Of a stretch of 64,000 bases of DNA, positions 48,314 to 57,085 are shown one piece after another. Positions within the stretch are counted from its first letter, which is position 1. The number at the start of each line of letters is the position of its first letter. The stretch lies in the NCBI GenBank assembly GCA_043826355.1, contig JBDRQI010000030.1:44102-108101 (forward strand), written 5' to 3'. This DNA is from Candidatus Omnitrophota bacterium (GTDB lineage Bacteria; Ratteibacteria; UBA8468; MWAK01). Under the pieces are notes generated by a model. It saw only the letters and a list, made by a program, of their open reading frames with translations, was not told where the DNA came from and did no database searches. A program made the translations under genes and the position numbers.

Positions 48314-48360
48314 GTTTTCAAATAGTTTATCCCTTTTATACCTTCCCTGTCAAAGAAGAA

Positions 48361-48390
48361 TTGACGGTTTAGGGCTGGAACGATTAAAAT
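48361..48390 (+). promoter_or_regulatory. Putative sigma70 promoter for xseB
   Basis: TTGACG-18 bp-TAAAAT. A divergent TTGACA-18 bp-TAAACT points toward cimA. Confidence 0.5.
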
Positions 48391-48399
48391 ATCTAAATC

Positions 48400-48675
48400 A
48401 TGGCTGCTAAAGAAAAAGAAAAGGGAAAAGAGAAGAAATTGAAATTCGAAGACGGTTTGAAGCGGTTGGAGGAGATTGTTGCCAAACTGGAATCCGGTAA
48501 TCTTCCGCTGGATGATTCGCTTAAGTTATTTGAAGAAGGCGTAAAACTGGTCCGTTTCTGCAACGCGCGGCTGGCAGAAGCCCAGCAAAAGGTGGAAGTG
48601 CTAACCAAGGACCAGGCAGGCAACGTTATTGGCAGCCAACCGTTTAATTCCGAAAATCCCAAAGATGACAACTGA
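48400..48675 (+). CDS. xseB: Exodeoxyribonuclease VII small subunit
   Basis: 'FE..L.RLEEIV..LE.G...LD.S...FEEG..L...C...L..A'. Confidence 0.92.
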   Translation: MAAKEKEKGKEKKLKFEDGLKRLEEIVAKLESGNLPLDDSLKLFEEGVKLVRFCNARLAEAQQKVEVLTKDQAGNVIGSQPFNSENPKDDN

Positions 48676-48777
48676 TACCGGTTTGCATTCAGAAATAGAG
48701 CAAGCCGGAGGCTTACCTTCGGCAAGGCGGCAAAGCTAACGCCGCTATATGAATGAAGGCGAATCGGTAAACTAACC

Positions 48778-51549
48778 TTGGAAGAGAAGATTATTATCCG
48801 GGGTGCGCGGGAGCACAACCTCAAGGATATTGATTTAGAACTTCCCCGAAACAAACTCATCGTAGTTACCGGCGTATCCGGAAGCGGTAAATCGTCCCTG
48901 GCGTTTGACACCCTCTACGCGGAAGGCCAGCGCCGTTATATTGAAAGTCTTTCCGCTTACGCCCGCCAATTCCTGGAACAACTGCAGAAACCGGACGTGG
49001 AGCATATCTGGGGTCTGCCTCCGGCCATCGCGATTGAACAGCGCCGTTCCAGCGCCAACCCCCGTTCCACGGTCGCCACCATCACCGAAATATACGATTA
49101 CCTGCGCCTGCTTTTCAGCCGGGCCGGTATTCCGCATTGCCCTAAGTGTAAAACGGAGATAACGCGTCAGACCGTCCAGGAGATCACCGACAAAATTTTA
49201 GGCCTGCCGAAAGGTACCCCGGTGCAGATTCTATCTCCACTGGTCAGAGGACGGAAAGGGGAGTACCAGGAACTTTTTAACCAGACGGCCAAAGCCGGAT
49301 TCCTAAGGGTGCGGGTTGACGGAAAATTTCACGAGGTAAGCGAGCCGATTAAATTAAGCCGCTACAAGGTTCACAACATTGACGTCCTGGTGGATACTAT
49401 CCCGGTTTCCGGGTCGGAAAAGAAACGTATCACCGAATCGGTGGAAACCGGCTTGAAATTAGGCAAGAGTCTCCTGACGGTGAGCGCCTCCGGTAATGAC
49501 ATCCTCTTTTCGGAACGCTACGCCTGCCCGACATGCGGGGCCAGTTTCGAAGAATTCACCCCGCGGATGTTCTCTTTTAACAGCCCTTACGGCGCCTGTA
49601 CCGGTTGTAAAGGATTGGGAACTAAGATTGTTTTCGATCCGGACCTGGTTGTGCCGGAAAAACGGAAAACCCTGAAAAACGGCGCCATCAAATCCTGGCA
49701 CAGTGCCGGCGGCCGTAACCTTTATTTTCACTACCGCTATCTCCTGCGGGACCTGGCAAAGGCAGCCGGATTTACCCTTGACTACCGGTTCTGCGACCTC
49801 ACCAAGGAACAGAAAAGAGCGCTTCTCTACGGAAGCGAAGAATATGATTTTGAAGGCGTTATTCCTAACCTGGAGCGGCGTTACCTGGAAACGGAGAGTG
49901 AATACCGCCGGGAGGATTTGGCTCATTACATGCGGCAACTGCCCTGTCCGGAATGCAAGGGTGCGCGGCTGAAACCGGAATCTCTGGCCGTGACCGTTGC
50001 CGGGCGGAATATCTGGGATCTCTGCCGGATGTCGGTCGAGACGGCCATGAATTTATTCTCCGGCTTGAAACTTGACCAGCGCCGCGCCATCATCAGCAAA
50101 CAGGTTACCAAGGAAATTCGCAGCCGGCTCCAGTTCCTGGTTTCCGTCGGCCTGGAATACCTGACCCTGGACCGGGTGGGCCACACCCTTTCCGGCGGAG
50201 AGAGCGAGCGCATCCGGCTGGCAACCCAGGTGGGCAGCGGCCTGGTCGGCGTACTTTACATACTGGACGAGCCCAGCATTGGACTGCACCAGCGTGATAA
50301 CCGCAAACTCCTGACAACCCTTCGGGAACTTCGCGATCTGGGAAATACGGTGATGGTGGTTGAACATGACGAAGAGACGATTCGCAGCGCCGATTATCTG
50401 GTTGACCTCGGTCCGGGCGCCGGAATTTACGGTGGAAAGGTAGTAGCCGCCGGTCCGTTTTCCGCAATTTTGTCGGCGCCGGATTCCGTTACCGGCAAAT
50501 ATCTTAAGCGGGAATTGGAAATCCCGGTTCCCCGGAAGCGCCGGCCGTTTGACGCGCAGCGTTACGTTGAAGTCAGGGGCGCCGCGGAATTTAACTTAAA
50601 AAAAATTGACGTTAAAATTCCGCTGGGTCTCTTTGTTTGCATCACCGGCGTGTCCGGTTCCGGCAAAAGTACGTTAGTGGATGAAATTATTCATAAAGGC
50701 CTGCGCCGGATTCTTTACGGAACCCGGGAACTGCCCGGAAAGCATAAGGATATCGTTAATGCCAACCTGATAAACAAGGTTATCGAAGTTGACCAATCGC
50801 CGATTGGCCGCACCCCGCGAAGTAATCCGGCAACCTATACCGGTCTCTTTACCGGTACCCGGGACCTTTTCAGCCGTCTGCCGGAATCGCGCTTGCGGGG
50901 TTATTCCTCCGGCCGGTTCAGTTTCAACGTTAAAGGCGGCCGTTGTGAAGCATGCCAGGGTGAGGGAATAACCAAAATTGAGATGCACTTCCTGCCGGAT
51001 ATTTTCGTACCTTGCGAGGTCTGCCACGGCACCCGTTATAACCGGGAAACTCTGGAAATACTTTATAAAGGGAAGAGCATTGCGGAAGTTTTAAAGATGC
51101 AGATTCAGGAGGCCGCGGAGTTCTTCCGGAAGATTCCCGGCATCAGCGCCAAGATAGATATCCTGAACGAAGTGGGTCTTGGTTATCTGGAACTTGGCCA
51201 GCCGGCTACCACCCTTTCCGGCGGTGAAGCGCAGCGGATAAAATTAGCGGCGGAATTATGCCGCAAGGGGAGCCGGGGAACGCTTTATCTTTTGGACGAA
51301 CCGACCACCGGCCTGCACTTTGCGGATATCCAGAAACTGCTTAATCTTTTAAATAAACTGGTTGATAAGGAAAGCACCGTAGTGGTGATTGAGCACAACC
51401 TGGACGTGATTAAGACCGCGGATTATATCATTGATTTAGGACCGGAAGGCGGGGACCGGGGCGGTTACGTGGTTGCCGCCGGGACCCCGGAGGAAGTGGC
51501 GCGGAACCCGAAATCGTATACCGGCCAATACTTAAAACCCCTGCTTTAA
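48778..51549 (+). CDS. uvrA: Excinuclease ABC subunit A
   Basis: 'GAREHNLK', two Walker A motifs, two LSGGE signatures and Zn fingers. Confidence 0.97.
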   Translation: MEEKIIIRGAREHNLKDIDLELPRNKLIVVTGVSGSGKSSLAFDTLYAEGQRRYIESLSAYARQFLEQLQKPDVEHIWGLPPAIAIEQRRSSANPRSTVATITEIYDYLRLLFSRAGIPHCPKCKTEITRQTVQEITDKILGLPKGTPVQILSPLVRGRKGEYQELFNQTAKAGFLRVRVDGKFHEVSEPIKLSRYKVHNIDVLVDTIPVSGSEKKRITESVETGLKLGKSLLTVSASGNDILFSERYACPTCGASFEEFTPRMFSFNSPYGACTGCKGLGTKIVFDPDLVVPEKRKTLKNGAIKSWHSAGGRNLYFHYRYLLRDLAKAAGFTLDYRFCDLTKEQKRALLYGSEEYDFEGVIPNLERRYLETESEYRREDLAHYMRQLPCPECKGARLKPESLAVTVAGRNIWDLCRMSVETAMNLFSGLKLDQRRAIISKQVTKEIRSRLQFLVSVGLEYLTLDRVGHTLSGGESERIRLATQVGSGLVGVLYILDEPSIGLHQRDNRKLLTTLRELRDLGNTVMVVEHDEETIRSADYLVDLGPGAGIYGGKVVAAGPFSAILSAPDSVTGKYLKRELEIPVPRKRRPFDAQRYVEVRGAAEFNLKKIDVKIPLGLFVCITGVSGSGKSTLVDEIIHKGLRRILYGTRELPGKHKDIVNANLINKVIEVDQSPIGRTPRSNPATYTGLFTGTRDLFSRLPESRLRGYSSGRFSFNVKGGRCEACQGEGITKIEMHFLPDIFVPCEVCHGTRYNRETLEILYKGKSIAEVLKMQIQEAAEFFRKIPGISAKIDILNEVGLGYLELGQPATTLSGGEAQRIKLAAELCRKGSRGTLYLLDEPTTGLHFADIQKLLNLLNKLVDKESTVVVIEHNLDVIKTADYIIDLGPEGGDRGGYVVAAGTPEEVARNPKSYTGQYLKPLL

Positions 51550-51604
51550 CATTTGTCCTATCCGGAGCATTGGATAGGGGACCCATATTCCCTTATGTAA
51601 AATA

Positions 51605-51745
51605 TGTCATTCCCGCATGTTTCAGGCGGGAATCTAAAACGTTTATCATTCCCGAATGCTTAGGTCGGAAATCTAAATTTTTTAAAGTGTGGATCCCCGT
51701 TTACTACGCACGGGGATGACAGAGAGGGCACACGCGGGAATGACA
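51605..51745. repeat. Family B palindrome cluster (TCATTCCCG...GGGAAT)
   Basis: Several ATTCCC-Nx-GGGAAT-type units between the convergent uvrA and ligase genes. Confidence 0.8.
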
Positions 51746-52448
51746 TATTTTTTTGAAATTTTACCCCAAATACCTCCTCCATTCCCTTTACCAGCGCCTT
51801 TTTTATTACGGCGTCTTCGGGCCGGTGCCCCAGGATTTCCGAAATTGAAGTTGCTTTATCAAAAAAATCCTGAGGATTTCGAAAGACCCCGGCTATTAGT
51901 TGCGGGTTGTAGGAGATGGGAATAGAACCGTGCTGCATAAAGGCGTTTTTTTTACGTCGCTGGGCGCTGCCGATGATTTTTTTATCATTGGTCACCAGGT
52001 CGTGCCGGCTGGAGAGGGCAAAACAGGGTATGTACCTTTCCGGGCCGGAACTCTTTCCGCCCCGGACTTGCGCGTTGACGCCTATTTTTTTAAGGCCTTC
52101 CATCAATCCTTCAACGAGGATGTAATAGGAGGACATAAGGTCTTTGAAGGCCGGGTGGTCTGAAATCCGGCTGGTGAAAGAATAGGTGATTTCGTCTTCG
52201 TGGAGTATTGCTCCGCCGCCGCTTGGCCGGTGGACGACTTCAATTCTGTTCTGCCGGCAAAAATCAAGGTTTGTTTCTTCTTCGGGCTTCTGGCCGGAAC
52301 CTAAAGAGACCGCCGGCGGGTTCCAGCGGTAAAACCTTAAAGTGGGCGGGATTTCCCCTCTTTCGGCCGCGGCAAGAAGTTTCAGGTCGAACTCCATGTT
52401 GTATTCCCCGGTTCCCTCATTTGTATCAATCAGTCGCCAGTTATTCAT
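51660..52448 (-). CDS. Lipoate-protein ligase A family protein (LipM-like)
   Basis: 'PPTLRFY.W', 'R.SGGGAILH', 'KIIGSAQ' and 'QHGSI' motifs. Confidence 0.9.
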   Translation of the reverse strand: MNNWRLIDTNEGTGEYNMEFDLKLLAAAERGEIPPTLRFYRWNPPAVSLGSGQKPEEETNLDFCRQNRIEVVHRPSGGGAILHEDEITYSFTSRISDHPAFKDLMSSYYILVEGLMEGLKKIGVNAQVRGGKSSGPERYIPCFALSSRHDLVTNDKKIIGSAQRRKKNAFMQHGSIPISYNPQLIAGVFRNPQDFFDKATSISEILGHRPEDAVIKKALVKGMEEVFGVKFQKNMSFPRVPSLSSPCVVNGDPHFKKFRFPT

Positions 52449-52491
52449 CTTTTCCTTTTTTAGTTCATCATTCCCGTAAAACACAAAATTC

Positions 52492-52573
52492 TGTCATTCC
52501 CGCGGATAGCCGGTCAGGTTGGCCAGACTTCACCGAGACGAGCCCAGGCTTCGCCCAGGCGAGTAAGCGGGAA
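52492..52573. repeat. Long family B element, inverted copy of 24844-24940
   Basis: Matches the reverse complement of 24844-24940 apart from a few substitutions and one internal deletion. Confidence 0.85.
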
Positions 52574-52649
52574 CCCATATGAGTAGGACAGGCGTTTCAC
52601 CTGTCAAAGCATTTTATTTTACGTTATAACAATTACGGCGTCAATGTTT

Positions 52650-52678
52650 TTGACGAATAAAGCCGGATTTGGTAAAAT
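52650..52678 (+). promoter_or_regulatory. Sigma70 promoter for tRNA-Ala
   Basis: TTGACG-17 bp-TAAAAT with a TG extension, 12 bp before the tRNA. Confidence 0.75.
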
Positions 52679-52690
52679 CTAAAGCAAAAT

Positions 52691-52763
52691 GGGGATATAG
52701 CTCAACTGGGAGAGCGCCTGCTTTGCACGCAGGAGGTCGGGGGTTCGAATCCCCCTATCTCCA
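52691..52763 (+). tRNA. tRNA-Ala(TGC)
   Basis: GGGGATA/TATCTCC-A acceptor stem with G3:U70, and CCTGC TT-TGC-AC GCAGG anticodon arm. Confidence 0.96.
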
Positions 52764-52996
52764 CATTTTAAGATTACACAAAGGGGATTCGAACCCCCGA
52801 CCTCAAAGGGTGCGGGAAAAGATATTTTCCCGCGCTGTTGTTTTGGGGGTGAGTCATTCGAGAGGGGAAACACCCCTCTCGAAAACGGAGCGTAGGCGGA
52901 TGTCAGACCCGGCAGCGCAAGACTGCCGAAGGTCTATCCGCCGGGAGCGGAGTGGTCGGGTGGTTCAAACGAATCCCCCTATTTCCACATTGTAAG
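52746..52996 (+). repeat. tRNA-Ala-linked element
   Basis: 27-bp direct repeat (52746-52772 vs 52970-52996, 2 mismatches) and a 22-bp inverted T-arm copy at 52783-52804. Confidence 0.9.
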
Positions 52997-53095
52997 CTTA
53001 AACAAGGGGAGAGAATCGTCTGGTCTGCGTCATTAGCAATCATTGGAGACAGGGTGGCAAAATTCGCCTGTTTTTTTGCCCAGAAGCATATTCTT

Positions 53096-54433
53096 ATGGT
53101 TAAAAAAACCGGGAAATTACATCAAACCGGCACTAACCGCCAAAAGACGAAGAAAGCGCTGCAGGTTTCTGAAAGCCGCTATCGGAGGCTTTTCGAAACC
53201 GCAAGGGATGGGATATTACTTCTTGATGCCAAAACCGGGGGAATATTTGATGTTAACCCGTTCTTGATGGAAATTTTAGGTTATTCCCGCAGAGAATTCT
53301 TGGGAAAACATCTTTGGGACCTGGGTTTTTTTAAAGACATCGCTGTTTCCAAGTCTGTTTTCCGGAAATTGCAGACAAAAGGATATGTCCGTTACAAAGA
53401 TTTACCCCTGTTGACAAAAGACGGCAGACGTATCGACTTGGAATTTGTAAGCAATGCGTACCGTGTAAACGGTAAAAAAGTAATCCAGTGCAATATCCGC
53501 GACATCACCGACCGCAAGAAAACAGAGAATATGATGCGGAAACAGCAGGAAGAGATACAGATTATAATGGATTCCGTACCGGCGATGATTTTCTATAAGG
53601 ATAAGGAAAACAGATTTATAAGAGTTAACCGGGCTTTTGCTGAAATAATGGAAAAACCAAAGGAAGAATTAGAAGGTAAATCCGTATTTGACCTTTACCC
53701 TAAAGAACAAGCAGAAGCTTACTGGAGAGACGATAAAGAAGTAATGGCATCCGGTGAGCCGAAGAGGCGCATCATCGAAACCATGGAGACCAAGAGAGGG
53801 ATTCTCTGGGTCCAAACCGACAAAATTCCTTACCGTGACGCACAGGGTAATATCGCCGGCATAATAGGTTTTACCACCGATATTACCGAGCGAAAGAAAA
53901 TGGAGGAAGAAATACGCACCCTGTCACTTACGGACGAATTGACAAACCTTTATAATCGGCGGGGTTTCTTTACCTTGGCCGAACAACAATTATATATAGC
54001 CAGGCGGGCGAAGAGAGAAATGTTTCTGCTTTACGCCGACGTGGATAACTTGAAATGGATTAATGATACATTTGGACATCAGGAAGGAGACCTTGCTTTA
54101 GCCGATGTTGCCGATATCATTAAAACAACCTTTCGCGAATCAGACATCGTTGCCCGAATCGGCGGAGATGAATTTGTTATTTTGGCAACAGAAACGGTTG
54201 CCGAAAGCAAAAAAATTCTGCTGAAGCGTTTGCAGGAAAATTTGAACGGTTACAATTCGCAAGAAAATCAGAAATATGAATTATCCCTGAGCACGGGTGT
54301 TGTTTTTTGCGACCCGCAACAACCCCATCACTATTCTTTGGATAACCTGATTGCCCAGGCAGATAAATCGATGTATAAAGAAAAAATAACTAAACGGAAC
54401 GCGGGTAAAAGGCGAAGGTTAAATCAACGGTAA
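53096..54433 (+). CDS. PAS-PAS-GGDEF diguanylate cyclase
   Basis: Two PAS domains ending in 'DIT.RK', then 'DELT.LYNRR', an RxxD I-site (RESD) and GGDEF. Confidence 0.92.
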   Translation: MVKKTGKLHQTGTNRQKTKKALQVSESRYRRLFETARDGILLLDAKTGGIFDVNPFLMEILGYSRREFLGKHLWDLGFFKDIAVSKSVFRKLQTKGYVRYKDLPLLTKDGRRIDLEFVSNAYRVNGKKVIQCNIRDITDRKKTENMMRKQQEEIQIIMDSVPAMIFYKDKENRFIRVNRAFAEIMEKPKEELEGKSVFDLYPKEQAEAYWRDDKEVMASGEPKRRIIETMETKRGILWVQTDKIPYRDAQGNIAGIIGFTTDITERKKMEEEIRTLSLTDELTNLYNRRGFFTLAEQQLYIARRAKREMFLLYADVDNLKWINDTFGHQEGDLALADVADIIKTTFRESDIVARIGGDEFVILATETVAESKKILLKRLQENLNGYNSQENQKYELSLSTGVVFCDPQQPHHYSLDNLIAQADKSMYKEKITKRNAGKRRRLNQR

Positions 54434-54458
54434 GTCAGCGAATTTGAAATCCGCCGGG
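54426..54458 (+). repeat. Fragment of tRNA-Ser (D-loop to variable arm), att-like
   Basis: 32/33 identity to 55845-55877. Confidence 0.88.
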
Positions 54459-54523
54459 TTCAAATTTAACCAGAGGCTCTCTCCCCAACCAAACCTCAAA
54501 AATTCCTTACGTAGCAACGGTCT

Positions 54524-54554
54524 TGTCATTCTGAGGCGTTAGCCGAAGAATCTC
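54524..54554. repeat. REP-like family A half-element
   Basis: TGTCATTCTGAGGCGTTAGCCGAAGAATCTC. Confidence 0.75.
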
Positions 54555-54789
54555 GCCTTTTACCTAATCCCAGCCCTTTCTGTCACACACCTGTCACACT
54601 TTAGCCCGGGGGGTACCCAGCCCCACCTACCCCTTCGGTTAATATATCCAGTCTCCTCTGCCAGCACAAAACAGAATTTGGCAATACCCCACCGTCTCGT
54701 CGCAATTAGTTTCTTGTCACTGTATGTCTTCAGAAAAAATTATTGAAACGCAAGCGGTTCAAATGAAGGCCGAGCTTTACATTAATACC

Positions 54790-54818
54790 TTGACAGGCAG
54801 ATAAGTCCGGCGTAAAAT
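54790..54818 (+). promoter_or_regulatory. Sigma70-type promoter
   Basis: TTGACA-17 bp-TAAAAT upstream of the SGNH-like gene. Confidence 0.65.
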
Positions 54819-54917
54819 TTGATGCGTAAGGCAAAATACCAGGCTAAAATATTTCTTTTTGACGGGTAAATGTCCGTCAGCTGATATTAGTGTCCCCGGA
54901 AAATTTGGAGAACGAAA

Positions 54918-55610
54918 ATGAAAAGGATAACGGAAGGTTTGCTGATCTCTTTTTTTATCCTCTCTTTTTCCACAACGGTATTCGGCCAGTCTTCGGCAAC
55001 AGAACCTAAAAGCGGAGGTGCCAGGTGGAAAGAACGTTTCGCCCGGCAGGTTGAGCGAGCCAGGGCAATACCGAAAATAGATGCGCTCATTCTGGGCGCC
55101 GGTCCGTTCATTGATTGGGAAAGAAAGGCTGTTGAATCATGGAACAGAACCTTTAAAGGGAAGGAGGTGGTCAATTTCGCGGAAATAGGGGAATTGACTC
55201 AGTCACTGCTTTAGAAGATAACCGAAGGCAAAGGTCTTGACGGGCTCGCTCCATCGGTTGTCATTTTGTCTGTCGGAGACAATAACATCAATGAGCCGGA
55301 TGAAATTACAACCGCGATAAAACTGATAACGGCGCAGATACAGGCAAAAATTCCGAATGCCAGAATTATCATACTTCCCATTACCCCAAGAGGAACAAAG
55401 AGCGATTTTCTCTGGAACAGGATTCAAAAAACAAATGCCGGCATGGCTAAAATTGCAGATGGCAAAACGGTAATTTTCATTGATATCGCCGAAAGATTGG
55501 AAGGGACGGAAGACGGCCGCCGCCCGGGCGCGTTTGAGTATAATAGTTACCGGCTTACCCCCGAAGGATACGCCGTAATTTCGGAAGCGCTCTCTCCGGA
55601 AGTAAGATAA
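54918..55610 (+). pseudogene. Secreted SGNH/PAF-acetylhydrolase-like gene interrupted by an in-frame TAG
   Basis: The two ORFs share a frame and read 'TQSLL*KITEGKGLDGLAPSVVILSVGDNN', matching the family pattern 'TQ..LWR...G.LDG..P..VV...GTNN'. Confidence 0.75.
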
Positions 55611-55831
55611 CGGGGATTGGCCGCAAAAAGAAACTCCGGCTCCGTTAAGGGAATCGAGTCTCGTTACTTGGTAAACAATTTGGAGAGTTTATACCAAGAA
55701 TTGAAGCGGGTGGAGGTAAAAAAGAAGGAAAATTCCGTCATACCCCTGTCATACCTTGGGGAAAAAAAGGATGTTGCAGTTCCTGTTTTAGTTGCGTAGA
55801 CGATTGACTGACAACGGTTTTCGAAAGTTAC

Positions 55832-55915
55832 GGAGGGTTAGGCTAACGGTAAGTCAGCGGATTTGAAATCCGCCGGGCCTTAAAGCCCATGGGGGTTCGA
55901 GTCCCTCACCCTCCG
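55832..55915 (+). tRNA. tRNA-Ser(TGA)
   Basis: GGAGGGT/ACCCTCC-G acceptor stem, GCGGA TT-TGA-AA TCCGC anticodon arm, long variable arm, TTCGAGT. Confidence 0.93.
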
Positions 55916-56037
55916 CTTCCTGACAAGGGGACTCGATGGGAGCGAAGTCAGGCAAGGCGACTGATTAAGGAGCGTTGCCAGCGGGTGGCCTAGTCGAACG
56001 TGTTGAAGTGAGACAGCCGAGTCCCTCACCCTCCGCT
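55898..56037 (+). repeat. tRNA-Ser-linked element
   Basis: 20-bp perfect direct repeat (55898-55917 vs 56018-56037) and inverted GGGACTCGA at 55928-55936. Confidence 0.88.
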
Positions 56038-56283
56038 ACCCCGTTTTTACCGGGATTCGAAAGGGGCGCTGCCGATGCTGCGGGTAAGGGGCATCGTCCG
56101 GTAGGGTCGGCCAGAAGGTGAGCCATTCAATCCTTAAAATCATTAAATAGTCAACCGGTTGGCGGTCGACCGCCGGCGCAGTAGAAAGTTTGGCGGAACC
56201 CAAACCCCCCACCCTCGGCCAATTGAAGGAAGATGGCTTTGACCGAATCCCGCCGGACAAAGATTTTAAGGCAAAGGACTGAA

Positions 56284-56985
56284 ATGAAGAGAGATTGCGA
56301 ACGGTTCGCGGCGGTTAAGGAACACTTTAATTCGGAAGCCGGGGAGTTTGATTCAATCATTACCGACAGAGTTCCGTTTTACGGTTTGTTCATCGGAGCG
56401 CTGGTTAATGTCTTACCGTTTCGGAAGGATGAAGCCATCAGGGTGGCCGACCTCGGATGTGGTACCGGGGCTGTGGCGCGCAGGGTAAAAGAACGTTTTC
56501 CCGAAGCCGAGATTACTTGCGTGGATTTTTCTCCGGAAATGCTTTCATCGGCCAGGAAGGAATTGATCGGATACACGAAGATTCTGTATCACGCGGGAGA
56601 TGTGCGCGAATTTGAATTCAAAGATTACCATGCGGTTTTATCATCTCTTTGCCTTCATCATATCGGTTCCAAAAAAGAGAAAAGAAATTTTTTCAGAAAA
56701 GTGCGCGAGGGTCTTTTACTTGGAGGGGTATTTTATATTTACGATGTAATCACGGCTTCCAGTAATATTCTTCAGGATGTTTATCTCAGGGAATGGAAGA
56801 GATCTATGAGTGAAAAATTGTCACCTCCGGATGTTGAAGAGACGTTGCATAAATATAGAGAAGAAGACAGGCCGTTTGCTCTCATGGATGAACTCAGGTG
56901 GCTGGAAGAAGCCGGTTTTAAGGATGTTGACGTTATCTGCAAATTTTATAACGGCGCGGTTTACGGAGGGGTTAAACGGGATTGA
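56284..56985 (+). CDS. Class I SAM-dependent methyltransferase
   Basis: 'DLGCGTG', 'VDFSPEML' and 'SSLCLHH' motifs. Alternative start at 56233. Confidence 0.88.
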   Translation: MKRDCERFAAVKEHFNSEAGEFDSIITDRVPFYGLFIGALVNVLPFRKDEAIRVADLGCGTGAVARRVKERFPEAEITCVDFSPEMLSSARKELIGYTKILYHAGDVREFEFKDYHAVLSSLCLHHIGSKKEKRNFFRKVREGLLLGGVFYIYDVITASSNILQDVYLREWKRSMSEKLSPPDVEETLHKYREEDRPFALMDELRWLEEAGFKDVDVICKFYNGAVYGGVKRD

Positions 56986-57066
56986 TGGTTTACAGATTAG
57001 AGCGGATTGATGAGTCCCGGGTGCTGATTCCGCAGGAGGGAGGAGGGGATGCGGGTGCCGGGAATC
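56985..57066 (+). pseudogene. Degenerate copy of the rtcB 5' end
   Basis: Reads MVYRLERIDESRVLIPQE versus RtcB MDYKLERIDEYRVLIPQE, then frameshifts. GGGGATGCGGGTGCCGGG is shared with rtcB. Confidence 0.85.
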
Positions 57067-57085
57067 CTTATGCCAAAACATAATA

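Noticed and set aside
52669..53095. ORFs 52669-52995 and 52679-52873, and the long N-terminal extension of the diguanylate cyclase
   Set aside because: They run through tRNA-Ala and its linked repeat element.
53000..53095. c-di-GMP riboswitch upstream of the diguanylate cyclase
   Set aside because: A GGCAAA is present, but the paired GNRA tetraloop/receptor stems could not be found.
54580..54599. Pho-box-like CTGTCAC-N4-CTGTCAC
   Set aside because: It is about 190 bp from the next promoter and no phosphate genes are nearby. An integrase arm-site reading fits better, though a Pho box is not excluded.
55212..55214. Amber recoding or pyrrolysine
   Set aside because: TAG ends several normal genes here (e.g. 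5743, 12331, 13383, 28613), no pyl genes are present, and the site aligns with Trp, one substitution away.
55832..55915. tRNA-Sec or opal suppressor
   Set aside because: The anticodon is TGA (reads UCA, Ser), not TCA, and the acceptor stem is the normal 7 bp.
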